From an uncultured Rubrobacteraceae bacterium (GTDB lineage Bacteria > Actinomycetota > Rubrobacteria > Rubrobacterales > Rubrobacteraceae): DNA of 51,030 bases. Both the position numbers and the translations under genes were made by a program. The stretch covers positions 1 through 51,030 of the forward strand of contig CAXUFZ010000002.1 of the NCBI GenBank assembly GCA_964250345.1. The letters are read 5' to 3'. The stretch's first letter is position 1; every line of letters begins with the position of its first letter. The notes beneath the pieces are model-generated. The model was not told the DNA's origin, ran no database searches, and saw nothing but the letters and a program-made list of their open reading frames with translations. Shown in pieces: positions 27,210 through 37,347 of this stretch.

Positions 27210-27220
27210 TCGCCTGCGTT

Positions 27221-28006
27221 CTATACGGGGGAGATGCGTACTCGTCGGCCTTCGCCGGAGCCTTCGCTGTCGGTGGTGACCTTCGGGTTGTCGCGGAGAA
27301 AGAGGTGGACGACCCTTCTCTCCGCCGGGTTCATGGGGGGTAGCTCGACGGTGCGTCCCTCGCGCAGGGCTCGGCGGGCCGTCCTGTGGGCCATGCCCTG
27401 TATGGCCTCGACCCGCCTCTGCCTGTAGCCTTCCGCATCCAGTACGATCCTCGCCCGCGAGGTTCTGCCCTTGTTCAGGCTGGCGTTGATCAGGTACTGC
27501 AGCGCGTCAATCGTCTCGCCCTTCTGGCCGATGAACAGCGCGGTGTTGTCGGGCGAAACGTCGACGGCCACGAAACCGCCGGCATCGTAAACGTCGATTT
27601 TTGCTTCGAACCCCATCGCATCCAGCAGCGAAGAAGCCAGCGCCTCCGTATCGTTCAGCAATTCCTGCGGTACTTCCTCGTGTCCGTTCTCGGCTTCGTC
27701 GGCGAACACTTCCGGCACACCTGCGCGTTGGACCGGCTCTGGCTCCGTTTGCACGTCCAGATCGTCCGAAGGCTCTGCGGTGGCCGGCGGATCGACGTCG
27801 AGCGGGGCCGGAGTAGCGGTCTCGGTCACTGAGGACTCAGAAGCTACCTGTACGCGAGCGTCCCGCGCCCCTATACCCAGAAAACCGGAGTTGCCTTCGT
27901 CGAGGACCGTGTATTCCAGGTCGGCGGCGGCTATGCCCATCTCGGCCGCCGCTTTCTGGACAGCTTCCCCGACGCTCGACCCGTAGAACTCTCTCTTCTC
28001 CATCAT
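27221..28006 (-). CDS. jag: Jag/EloR (KhpB) RNA-binding protein (Jag_N, KH, R3H)
   Basis: GSSVGEAV, GFLGIG, FIGQKGETIDALQY, PMNPAERRVVH; ATGA overlap with the yidC stop. Confidence 0.92.
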   Translation of the reverse strand: MMEKREFYGSSVGEAVQKAAAEMGIAAADLEYTVLDEGNSGFLGIGARDARVQVASESSVTETATPAPLDVDPPATAEPSDDLDVQTEPEPVQRAGVPEVFADEAENGHEEVPQELLNDTEALASSLLDAMGFEAKIDVYDAGGFVAVDVSPDNTALFIGQKGETIDALQYLINASLNKGRTSRARIVLDAEGYRQRRVEAIQGMAHRTARRALREGRTVELPPMNPAERRVVHLFLRDNPKVTTDSEGSGEGRRVRISPV

Positions 28007-28845
28007 TTCTTTTTCTTTCTCCGCTTCCGTTTCGCGACCTTTGCAGCCCTTGCGGCGGTGTCCTCGGACCTTGCGTCCGCTCCCTGTCCGTTTCGATCCG
28101 CGGCGCCGGACGCCGGGGCGGCGGTACGTTCCTTGGAGGTCCCGGTCGCTTCCGGCTTCTTGCGGCCCGGGCCGTGGTTGTAGATCACGTAGTTCTGAAC
28201 CAGGGTGACGAGGTTGGAGGTGATCCAGTAAACGAAGAGTCCCGCGGGGAACGAGAGTAGGAAGAAGGTAAAACCGACCGGCAACAGGCGCATCAACCAC
28301 CGCTGCTGCGGGTCGACGTTCTTAGAGGTGATCTCCGTGGCCGCCAGCATCGTCACGGCGGAGATGATCGGCAACAGGTAAGTCGAGTCCATCGCCGACA
28401 GATTCTGAAACCACAGAATACCGCCCTCTCTGAAGCTCTCGTAGCGCGGCGGCGTTATACCCGGGGTGCCACCGAACAGGCGGATAACATAGAAGATGCC
28501 GATAAATATCGGCATCTGGACCAGGATAGGAAGGCATCCTCCGAGCGGGTTGACGCCCCGCTCCTGGTAGACCTTCGCCATCTCCTCGCGCTGTTTCTGG
28601 GGGTTCCCCTGATACTGCGCCCTGACCTTGTCCATCTCAGGCTTCAGGTCTTGCATGGCGCGCATGCTCCTAACCTGCTTGACCGTCAGGGGGAACATGA
28701 TGGTACGCACCACGATGGTGAGCATTGCGATCGAGAGCCACCAAGGCGCCTCCACCGTCTGGTGGAAAAAGAGCAGTACCTGACCCAGCACGCCGACGAT
28801 GGGGCTGAACAGGTTCTGGAAAAAGTCTGCTATAGCGTTGATCAT
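28003..28845 (-). CDS. yidC: Membrane protein insertase YidC
   Basis: TIVVR..FPL, GVNPLGGCLPILVQMPIF, FPAGLFVYW.TSN. Confidence 0.95.
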   Translation of the reverse strand: MINAIADFFQNLFSPIVGVLGQVLLFFHQTVEAPWWLSIAMLTIVVRTIMFPLTVKQVRSMRAMQDLKPEMDKVRAQYQGNPQKQREEMAKVYQERGVNPLGGCLPILVQMPIFIGIFYVIRLFGGTPGITPPRYESFREGGILWFQNLSAMDSTYLLPIISAVTMLAATEITSKNVDPQQRWLMRLLPVGFTFFLLSFPAGLFVYWITSNLVTLVQNYVIYNHGPGRKKPEATGTSKERTAAPASGAADRNGQGADARSEDTAARAAKVAKRKRRKKKK

Positions 28846-28855
28846 ATTCTGTCGC

Positions 28856-29068
28856 TCACCTTACCGGATCGAAGCCGCCGCGCGCGAACGGATGACACCG
28901 CATCAATCTCATCGCTCCCATCGCGCAACCTTTCAGGGCCCCATACTTCTCGACGGCCTGCATCGTATAGGCCGAACAACTCGGCGTAAACCTGCAAGTC
29001 GGTGGCAACATGGGCGAGAGAAAACGCTTGTAGCCCCGCAGCGCCCCCAAACAAAGCTTCTTCGGCAC
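28856..29068 (-). CDS. yidD: Membrane protein insertion efficiency factor
   Basis: CRFTPSCSAY..A..KYG, RCHPF..GG.DPV. Confidence 0.93.
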   Translation of the reverse strand: MPKKLCLGALRGYKRFLSPMLPPTCRFTPSCSAYTMQAVEKYGALKGCAMGAMRLMRCHPFARGGFDPVR

Positions 29069-29076
29069 CGAACGAC

Positions 29077-29433
29077 CTACCCTCCGCGTTTCCGGTCGGC
29101 GGCGCCCAACTTGTTCAGGGCCCGGGCAAACTCTTCCCGCAAAGCGTCGAAGCCCGCCTCCGCGGCGGCCGGTCGGGCCGAGACGACGAGGTCCAGGTCC
29201 CCTTTGGCATCGGCACTGCTAGCCCTGAAGACCTCCCTCAACTTTCGGCGAAGGCCGTTGCGAACGACCGCGTTGCCGACCTTCTTGGAGACGGAGAGGC
29301 CAAGGCGCAAAGTACCAAGCTCGTTCGGAAAAGCGTGCACGGAGAAGAGCTTGCCCCTGTAAGCGACGCCCTGCCGATAGACCCTCTCGAACTCCGAGGA
29401 ATCGGTCAGGCGCATACGCTTGCTACGAGGCAC
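29077..29433 (-). CDS. rnpA: Ribonuclease P protein component
   Basis: RL...EF.RVYRQG, RLGLSVSKKVGNAVVRN. Confidence 0.93.
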   Translation of the reverse strand: MPRSKRMRLTDSSEFERVYRQGVAYRGKLFSVHAFPNELGTLRLGLSVSKKVGNAVVRNGLRRKLREVFRASSADAKGDLDLVVSARPAAAEAGFDALREEFARALNKLGAADRKRGG

Positions 29434-29436
29434 CCG

Positions 29437-29571
29437 TCAGACGGCCAGGCGCTTGCGTCCCCGACGGCGGCGCGCGGCGATAACCCTTCGCCCGCCGACG
29501 GAGCTCATACGCTTGCGAAAACCGTGGGTCTTCGCCCTCTTGCGGCGGTTCGGCTGATAGGTGCGCTTCAT
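29437..29571 (-). CDS. rpmH: 50S ribosomal protein L34 (not in the ORF track)
   Basis: Translates [44 protein letters not shown]; GAGGAG RBS. Confidence 0.97.
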   Translation of the reverse strand: MKRTYQPNRRKRAKTHGFRKRMSSVGGRRVIAARRRRGRKRLAV

Positions 29572-29814
29572 CAGACTCCTCTGCGGATGCTCGAAAATCT
29601 AGGGACGATCCCACCGAGTATATCCGAACCCCCCCGGACCATCCAGCCGCCCGCGTACCGTCACAAGCCTTGTGAGATCGACCGCCGAACGGGCCAGCGC
29701 GTAGGAAAGTCTTGCAAAACAGCGCTTATCTCAGTCCTCAAATCCGCCACCTTCCCCAGCGTTCGCCCGAGCAACGCTACGGATAGTCCCTCTCCATAGT
29801 CCCTTTTCAGTCAC

Positions 29815-29847
29815 TTATCCACAGCCTGTGGATAAGTTTGTGGATAA
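29815..29847. promoter_or_regulatory. Three perfect DnaA boxes upstream of the dnaA operon
   Basis: TTATCCACA 29815-29823, TGTGGATAA 29827-29835 and 29839-29847. Confidence 0.9.
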
Positions 29848-29931
29848 ACATGTGAATGTGCTGCAAAAGCTCAATTTTAGTCCGGTGGCTATAGCGTTGC
29901 ATCCGGGGGTGCGCTACATTCCGGCTTGGGG

Positions 29932-30720
29932 ATGATGAACGCGCAGCGGACACGAGGCGAGCCGGAACGGGCAGGGATCACAGCCCGCGTCGTCGTCTAC
30001 CCGCAGGGGGGCGAGCCGGAGATCACGGAGGTCTCCGCCGCCGGCGCGCGTTCCGCGGCGACGAAGTTCACGCGCATCGTGATGGAGAAGGTGCGAGAGT
30101 CGGACGGCGGGGCACCCGAGGACGCCGTGCGGGAGGTCGTGGAGAACCTCGTGCACGCCGACTACAGGGGGGTCGTTATCTCGGTGCTCGACGGCGGGGA
30201 CGTCGTGCGCGTCTCGGACAAGGGTCCCGGCATCCAGAACAAGGACCGGGCTCTCGAGTTCGGTTTCAGCGGTGCGGCGCCGGAGGTGTTAGAAGACATC
30301 CGCGGGGTCGGCGCCGGTTTGGGTATCGCCCGTTCGGCGGTCGGGAGGTCGGGGGGGACGCTCGCCGTGGAGGACAACATCGGCGGGGGGACGGTCGCCA
30401 CGATTTCCGTGGGCGGGGAGACGGTCGAGCGCGGGGAGGCGGCGCCGGCCAAGGTCGCGCCGCGCCGGTATCCCGATGGGGTTCCGCGGATGAACATCTC
30501 GGAGCGGCAGCAGAAGGCCCTGATCACGGTTCTCGAGTGCGGTGAGGTCGGCCCGTCTACGGTGGCCGAGCAGTTGGAGATAAGCGTCAGTACGGCGTAC
30601 AGGGACCTGTCGGCGCTCGAGGAGCACGGCCTGGTCCTGGCCGACGATTCCGGGAAGCGTCTCATCTCTCCCATGGGGAAGGACGTCGTCGGGGCCATCG
30701 TCGGCGGCTGGGTAAAGTAG
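29932..30720 (+). CDS. GHKL (HATPase_c)-type ATPase fused to a C-terminal winged HTH, first gene of the dnaA operon
   Basis: REVVENLVHA (N box), VSDKGPGI (G1), GVGAGLGIA (G2), GGTVATI; SERQQKAL..STVAEQLEISVSTAYRDLSALEEHGLV wHTH; no HisKA domain. Confidence 0.85.
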   Translation: MMNAQRTRGEPERAGITARVVVYPQGGEPEITEVSAAGARSAATKFTRIVMEKVRESDGGAPEDAVREVVENLVHADYRGVVISVLDGGDVVRVSDKGPGIQNKDRALEFGFSGAAPEVLEDIRGVGAGLGIARSAVGRSGGTLAVEDNIGGGTVATISVGGETVERGEAAPAKVAPRRYPDGVPRMNISERQQKALITVLECGEVGPSTVAEQLEISVSTAYRDLSALEEHGLVLADDSGKRLISPMGKDVVGAIVGGWVK

Positions 30721-30723
30721 CCG

Positions 30724-32067
30724 GTGGCGGGTCGCGAGGATCAGGTCTGGGCCGAGGTTTTGGATCGCGCCTCCGAACACATTGACGTCTCTTCCTTGCG
30801 CGTCTGGTTCGAGGGCATCCGGCCCGTCGAGTCGCAGAACGGTCGGATGGAGATCTCCGTCCCCAACACCTTCGCCAAGGAGTACATCGAGAGCCGCTTC
30901 AGGCCGCTGCTCGAAGAGGTGCTCCACTCCGTAACGGGTGAGGAGACCTCCCTGGTGGTCAGCGTCGGCAGCCCGAACGGCGGCGGGGGCAACGGCGCGG
31001 CCGTAAACGGGGCTGACTCCGGGCTCAACGCCCGCTCGCCGAGGTCGTTCAAGGCCAAGTACACGTTCGACAGCTTCGTGATCGGGGCCGGCAACAGGTT
31101 CGCCCACGCCGCCACCCTCGCCGTCGCCGAGACGCCCGGCCTCGTCTACAACCCGCTCTTCGTGTACGGAGGCGTGGGGTTGGGGAAAACGCACCTTTTG
31201 CGGGCGGTCGGTCACTACGTAGAGGACCAGGACCCGAGCATGAGGATCCGGTACGTCACCTGCGAGCAGTTCACCAACGACTTCATCAACTCCATGCGCG
31301 ACAACTCGCCCCTGGAGTTCCAGAAGCGCTACCGCGAGAACGACGTGCTCCTGGTGGACGACATCCAGTTCCTGGAGAACAAGGTCGAGACGCAGGAGGC
31401 GTTCTTCCACACCTTCAACGCGCTCTACGAGGAGAACAAGCAGATCGTCATAGCCTCCGACCGGCACCCCAAGTACATCCAGACCCTGGAGAACCGCCTC
31501 GTCAGCCGCTTCGAGTGGGGCCTGGTGACGGACATCCAGCCGCCGGACCTGGAGACCAGGATCGCCATCCTCCGCAAAAAGGCCATCATGGACCGCCTCG
31601 AAGTGGACGACGAGGTCCTCACCTTCATCGCCTCGAAGGTCTCGACCAACATCCGCGAGCTGGAGGGCGCCCTGGTCCGTATCCTGGCCTACGCCTCGCT
31701 CTACGAACGGCGAGTAAGCGTGGCCTTGGCAGAAGAGGTGCTGAAGGACATCCTGCCGGATCAGGCGTACCGCGAGATCCCGATAGAGCTGATCCAGCAC
31801 GAGGTCTGCCGCTACTTCGGCATCGCCAAAGCCGACCTGGTGGGCCAGAGTCGCTCGAAAGGTTTCGCCTACCCGCGCCAGATCGCCATGTACCTCTCGC
31901 GCGAACTGACCGACGAATCTCTACCCAAAATCGGCAAGGCCTTCGGCGGTCGCGACCACTCTACCGTCATGCACGCGACGGCCAAGATCTCCAACCTCAT
32001 AAACAGCGACCGCGACGTGTTCAGCCAGATCCACGAGATCACCACGCACGTCAAGAGCAAGCGCTGA
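30724..32067 (+). CDS. dnaA: Chromosomal replication initiator DnaA
   Basis: [58 protein letters not shown]. Confidence 0.99.
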   Translation: MAGREDQVWAEVLDRASEHIDVSSLRVWFEGIRPVESQNGRMEISVPNTFAKEYIESRFRPLLEEVLHSVTGEETSLVVSVGSPNGGGGNGAAVNGADSGLNARSPRSFKAKYTFDSFVIGAGNRFAHAATLAVAETPGLVYNPLFVYGGVGLGKTHLLRAVGHYVEDQDPSMRIRYVTCEQFTNDFINSMRDNSPLEFQKRYRENDVLLVDDIQFLENKVETQEAFFHTFNALYEENKQIVIASDRHPKYIQTLENRLVSRFEWGLVTDIQPPDLETRIAILRKKAIMDRLEVDDEVLTFIASKVSTNIRELEGALVRILAYASLYERRVSVALAEEVLKDILPDQAYREIPIELIQHEVCRYFGIAKADLVGQSRSKGFAYPRQIAMYLSRELTDESLPKIGKAFGGRDHSTVMHATAKISNLINSDRDVFSQIHEITTHVKSKR

Positions 32068-32123
32068 ACCCCTCCCCCCAGGGTAGTTACTTTGTAACTA
32101 ATATATGGCCCTCGGACCCCCAT

Positions 32124-32545
32124 CTATCCACACCCTATCCACAACTTCAGGGTTCGCCTGTGGATAACTCTTCGAAACTATCCACAGGCCATGGGAGTTA
32201 TCCCCAGGTTCTGTGGATAACTCGGCGTTTCTGTGGACAAAATTGCGCATCTGACGAACTCGTAAGAATTCAAGGCGTGTTTGCCTGTGGATAAACCTGT
32301 GGATAAGAGGGGTAAAACCTGTGGATAAGTCTGTGGATAGAATTGTGGATAACTCTGGCCTGTGGATAAGTGCCGAGTTATCCACAATTTGTCCACAGGT
32401 TTTCGTGGGTTATCCACATTTTTGTCCACAGGCAGTGTACGGTGTATTCGGCTTACGTAAAGTGGATTTTTGGGGTTATCCACATATCCACAGGCCTTAT
32501 TATTATTATTAATCTAATAGATATATGTTTTCCTAGTAATAATAA
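32124..32545. other. oriC: Replication origin oriC (dnaA-dnaN intergenic)
   Basis: About 19 DnaA boxes by manual count (10 perfect TTATCCACA/TGTGGATAA), ending in overlapping boxes 32476-32492, GGCC, TTA/TAT trinucleotide repeats and an AT-rich tract. Confidence 0.95.
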
Positions 32546-32563
32546 GGGGAGAAGGGAGGCAAG

Positions 32564-33715
32564 ATGAGGGCCGTTTGTAACACTGATACCTTCGGTCGAA
32601 AGCTCGCTCTGGTCTCGCGGGGGGTCTCTGCGAGATCCACGATTCAACTGCTCGGCGGGATACTTCTGGAGGCGGGGGATGGGGCGCTCAAATTGAGTGC
32701 CACGGACATGGAGATCTCGATCCAGACTCAGGCGCCGGCGGAGATCGAGGGTGAGGGCCGCGTCGTCATACCGGCGCGCATCTTTAACGACATCGTGAGG
32801 TCTTTGCCGGGCGGCCAGTTCACGCTCGACCACGACGCCTCCGAGGGCACGGTCCGGCTCGCCGCCGGCGAGAACGAGTACACCATCAGGGCCTACGCCG
32901 CCGACGACTACCCGCGGCTGCCGGAGTTCGACGCCGAGAGCGCCTTCAGGATGCCCGGAGACTCGCTCGTCGAGACCGTCGAGAAGGTCTCCAAGTCGTA
33001 CTCTCGGGACGAGACCAGGCCGGTGTTGACGGGGATCCTGATCTCCTTCGAGGACACGCGGGTTCGGATGGTGACGACGGACTCGTACAGATTGAGCATC
33101 AAGGAGACCGAGCTGGCGACGACGCCGTTCGAGGGTACGCGGGAGGCGATCATCCCGGCCCGGGCCATGCAGGAGGTCTCCAGGATCTTCTCAGGCTCGG
33201 ACGAGGGCGACGTGGAAGTCTCGCTCTCGGAGAACCAGGCGCTGTTCCGGGTCGGAGATGTCGTCTTCGGCACGCGGCTCATCGACGGCAACTTCCCCGA
33301 GTACCGGAGATTGTTGCCCAGCGGCTTCGAGCGCGAGATCTCCGTCTCCAGGGAAGAGCTGATGGGGACGCTTCGGCGCGTCAACCTCTTCGCCCAGCGC
33401 CAGACGCCGCCCGTGCCGGTGAGCCTGTCGTTTACCGAGGGCTCCGTCGAGGTCATCGTCAAGAACGGCGACGTGGGGGAGGCGCACGAGAAGCTCGCGG
33501 CCAACAGCGAGGACGAGTTCCTGATCTCCTTCAACCCCGGCTACCTCTTGGACGGCGTCTCGGCCATCGACACCGACAAGGTCCGTTTCAGGCTCAACGA
33601 GGCGCTGAAGCCGGGCCTGATCGTGCCCGGAGCCGAGAACGGCGACGACGGGGAAGGCGGCGAGCCGGACTTCCTGTACCTCATCATGCCGATGCGCGAC
33701 CCGTCCCGGGGCTAG
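32564..33715 (+). CDS. dnaN: DNA polymerase III beta sliding clamp
   Basis: LSATDMEISI, DETRPVLTG, TTDSYRL, RLIDGNFPEY, FNPGYLLD, YLIMPMR. Confidence 0.97.
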   Translation: MRAVCNTDTFGRKLALVSRGVSARSTIQLLGGILLEAGDGALKLSATDMEISIQTQAPAEIEGEGRVVIPARIFNDIVRSLPGGQFTLDHDASEGTVRLAAGENEYTIRAYAADDYPRLPEFDAESAFRMPGDSLVETVEKVSKSYSRDETRPVLTGILISFEDTRVRMVTTDSYRLSIKETELATTPFEGTREAIIPARAMQEVSRIFSGSDEGDVEVSLSENQALFRVGDVVFGTRLIDGNFPEYRRLLPSGFEREISVSREELMGTLRRVNLFAQRQTPPVPVSLSFTEGSVEVIVKNGDVGEAHEKLAANSEDEFLISFNPGYLLDGVSAIDTDKVRFRLNEALKPGLIVPGAENGDDGEGGEPDFLYLIMPMRDPSRG

Positions 33716-33910
33716 TTGGAGCCGGACGCCGGCATAACGCTCGGCCAGGCGCTCAAGGCCTCTGATCTCGTGGGGAGCGGGGGGGAGGCTAAGGTCCTGA
33801 TCCAGGCCGGCGAGGTCCTCGTCAACGGCGAGGTCGAGACCCGCCGCGGCCGGAGGCTCAAGAGCGGCGACGTGGTCGATATCGGCGAGGACCGCCTGGA
33901 GGTCGGGTGA
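33716..33910 (+). CDS. yaaA: S4-domain RNA-binding protein (YaaA/YbcJ family)
   Basis: ITLGQALK..LVGSGGEAK..I..GEVLVNGEVETRRGRRL. Confidence 0.9.
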   Translation: MEPDAGITLGQALKASDLVGSGGEAKVLIQAGEVLVNGEVETRRGRRLKSGDVVDIGEDRLEVG

Positions 33911-33947
33911 CTACGGGTCCGGGTGAAGAGTTCGGGACGGCCCTGCG

Positions 33948-34050
33948 TTCGGGAGTCGGGAGGCGCTCGCCCAGGCTTCGCCTGCGCTCGCTTCGGGAGT
34001 CGGGAGTCGTTGACCCCGAAGAGGCTTTCCCGACTCCCGGGAGCGAAGCG
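33948..34050. repeat. REP-like element built from GGGAGTC heptamers, copy C
   Basis: Core GAGGCGCTCGC-N15-GCTCGCTTCGGGAGTCGGGAGTCG at 33960-34009 plus inverted arm TCCCGACTCCCGGGAGCGAAGCG. Confidence 0.75.
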
Positions 34051-34052
34051 AC

Positions 34053-35204
34053 TTGACCTCCTACCTGCGGGCTTTACGGGTCGTCAACTTCCGCTCGTAC
34101 GCCGACGACACCGTTTTGCTCGGCCCTGGTCTGAACGTCGTCGTCGGCGACAACGCCCAGGGTAAGACGAACCTTCTCGAGGCCATCGCCTTTTCCGTTA
34201 CCGGCTCCTCGACCCGCACCGCCAACGACTCGGAGGTCGTCCGCTGGGAACAGGATTTTGCCCGCGTCGAGGCCCGCGTCGCCCTCGACGATGCCGACGA
34301 TGAGCGCAAAGTGGCGGTCGGCTATGCGCCGGGTCAGAAGAAGCGCCTAACGGTGGACGGGGCGCCGACGCCTTCGCTGGCCGGGTACGCCGCTGGGGGG
34401 GCCGGGGTGCGGGCCGTCACGTTCTTCCCGGACGACATCAGGATCGTCAAGGGCTCGCCGTCGGACCGCCGGGAGTTTCTGGACGGGCTGCTCTCGACGC
34501 TGCGGCCGTCGTACGCCAGGGCCGTCAACGAGTACGCCAAGGCGGTGCAGCAGCGCAACCAGTTGCTGCGCCGGATACGCGACGGGTTCTCCTCCGAGCG
34601 GACGTTGTGGACGTGGGACCGGAAGGTGATCGATCTCGGGGAAGAGGTGCTCGAGGGTCGTCAGGCCGCGATCGGGCCCCTCGAAGACTACTTCGAAAGC
34701 TCTCTAAGGGCCTTATACGGCTCGGAGAAGGCCGCGATCCGCTACTCCTATAGCGCACCCCTCGACGGCTATTCGGAGGCGCTCACGAAGGCTCACAGCG
34801 CCGACGTCGAACGCGGGACGACCTCCGTCGGTCCCCACCGGGACGACTTCGAGGTCCTGCTCGGCGGGGTCAACCTGACGACGTTCGGATCGCAGGGGCA
34901 GCAGCGGCTGGCGACGCTCGCGCTCAAGTTCGCGGCCAGAGACCACATCCGGGGGGAGACGGGGGCCGACCCCATCTTGCTCTTCGACGACGTCATGAGC
35001 GAGCTCGACGAGCGCCGCCGCGACTTCCTCTCGGGGTACTTTCTGGAGAGCACCCAGGCCGTCATAACCACCACCAACCTCGAATATTTCGACGCCGAGG
35101 CGCTCGGCCGGGCCCGGGTGGTGCGCATATCTGGTGGTAACATCTCGGAGACTACAAGCGGTGGTGTTCGGGAACGGGCCGCCTCGGCCTCCGAAAAGGC
35201 TTAA
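34053..35204 (+). CDS. recF: DNA replication/repair protein RecF
   Basis: NFRSY, GDNAQGKTNLLEAI, GPHRDD, GSQGQQR, LLFDDVMSELD. Confidence 0.96.
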   Translation: MTSYLRALRVVNFRSYADDTVLLGPGLNVVVGDNAQGKTNLLEAIAFSVTGSSTRTANDSEVVRWEQDFARVEARVALDDADDERKVAVGYAPGQKKRLTVDGAPTPSLAGYAAGGAGVRAVTFFPDDIRIVKGSPSDRREFLDGLLSTLRPSYARAVNEYAKAVQQRNQLLRRIRDGFSSERTLWTWDRKVIDLGEEVLEGRQAAIGPLEDYFESSLRALYGSEKAAIRYSYSAPLDGYSEALTKAHSADVERGTTSVGPHRDDFEVLLGGVNLTTFGSQGQQRLATLALKFAARDHIRGETGADPILLFDDVMSELDERRRDFLSGYFLESTQAVITTTNLEYFDAEALGRARVVRISGGNISETTSGGVRERAASASEKA

Positions 35205-35251
35205 GTAAGCCTCAAACGGCCCACATCGCCGTTGGGAAAACCCGAGAGTTG

Positions 35252-35260
35252 TGTTACAAT
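35252..35260 (+). promoter_or_regulatory. Extended -10 promoter element for gyrB
   Basis: TGTTACAAT in the recF-gyrB intergenic region. Confidence 0.5.
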
Positions 35261-35321
35261 CTGGCGGTGCAAATCTTTATCGAAAAGAACGGGTGTGTTC
35301 CTTTCGTTTCACAGGAGATGA

Positions 35322-37271
<1,950 letters not shown>

Positions 37272-37347
37272 CACGGGCGCCGCGCGGGCCGGCAGACGAC
37301 CGGGGAGGGATACCTGAACACCAGAGGCGACATAAAGAGGAACGCAG

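Noticed and set aside
32124-32492. TGTGGATAA repeats as plasmid iterons or a novel repeat array
   Set aside because: They match the DnaA-box consensus in the canonical dnaA-dnaN location
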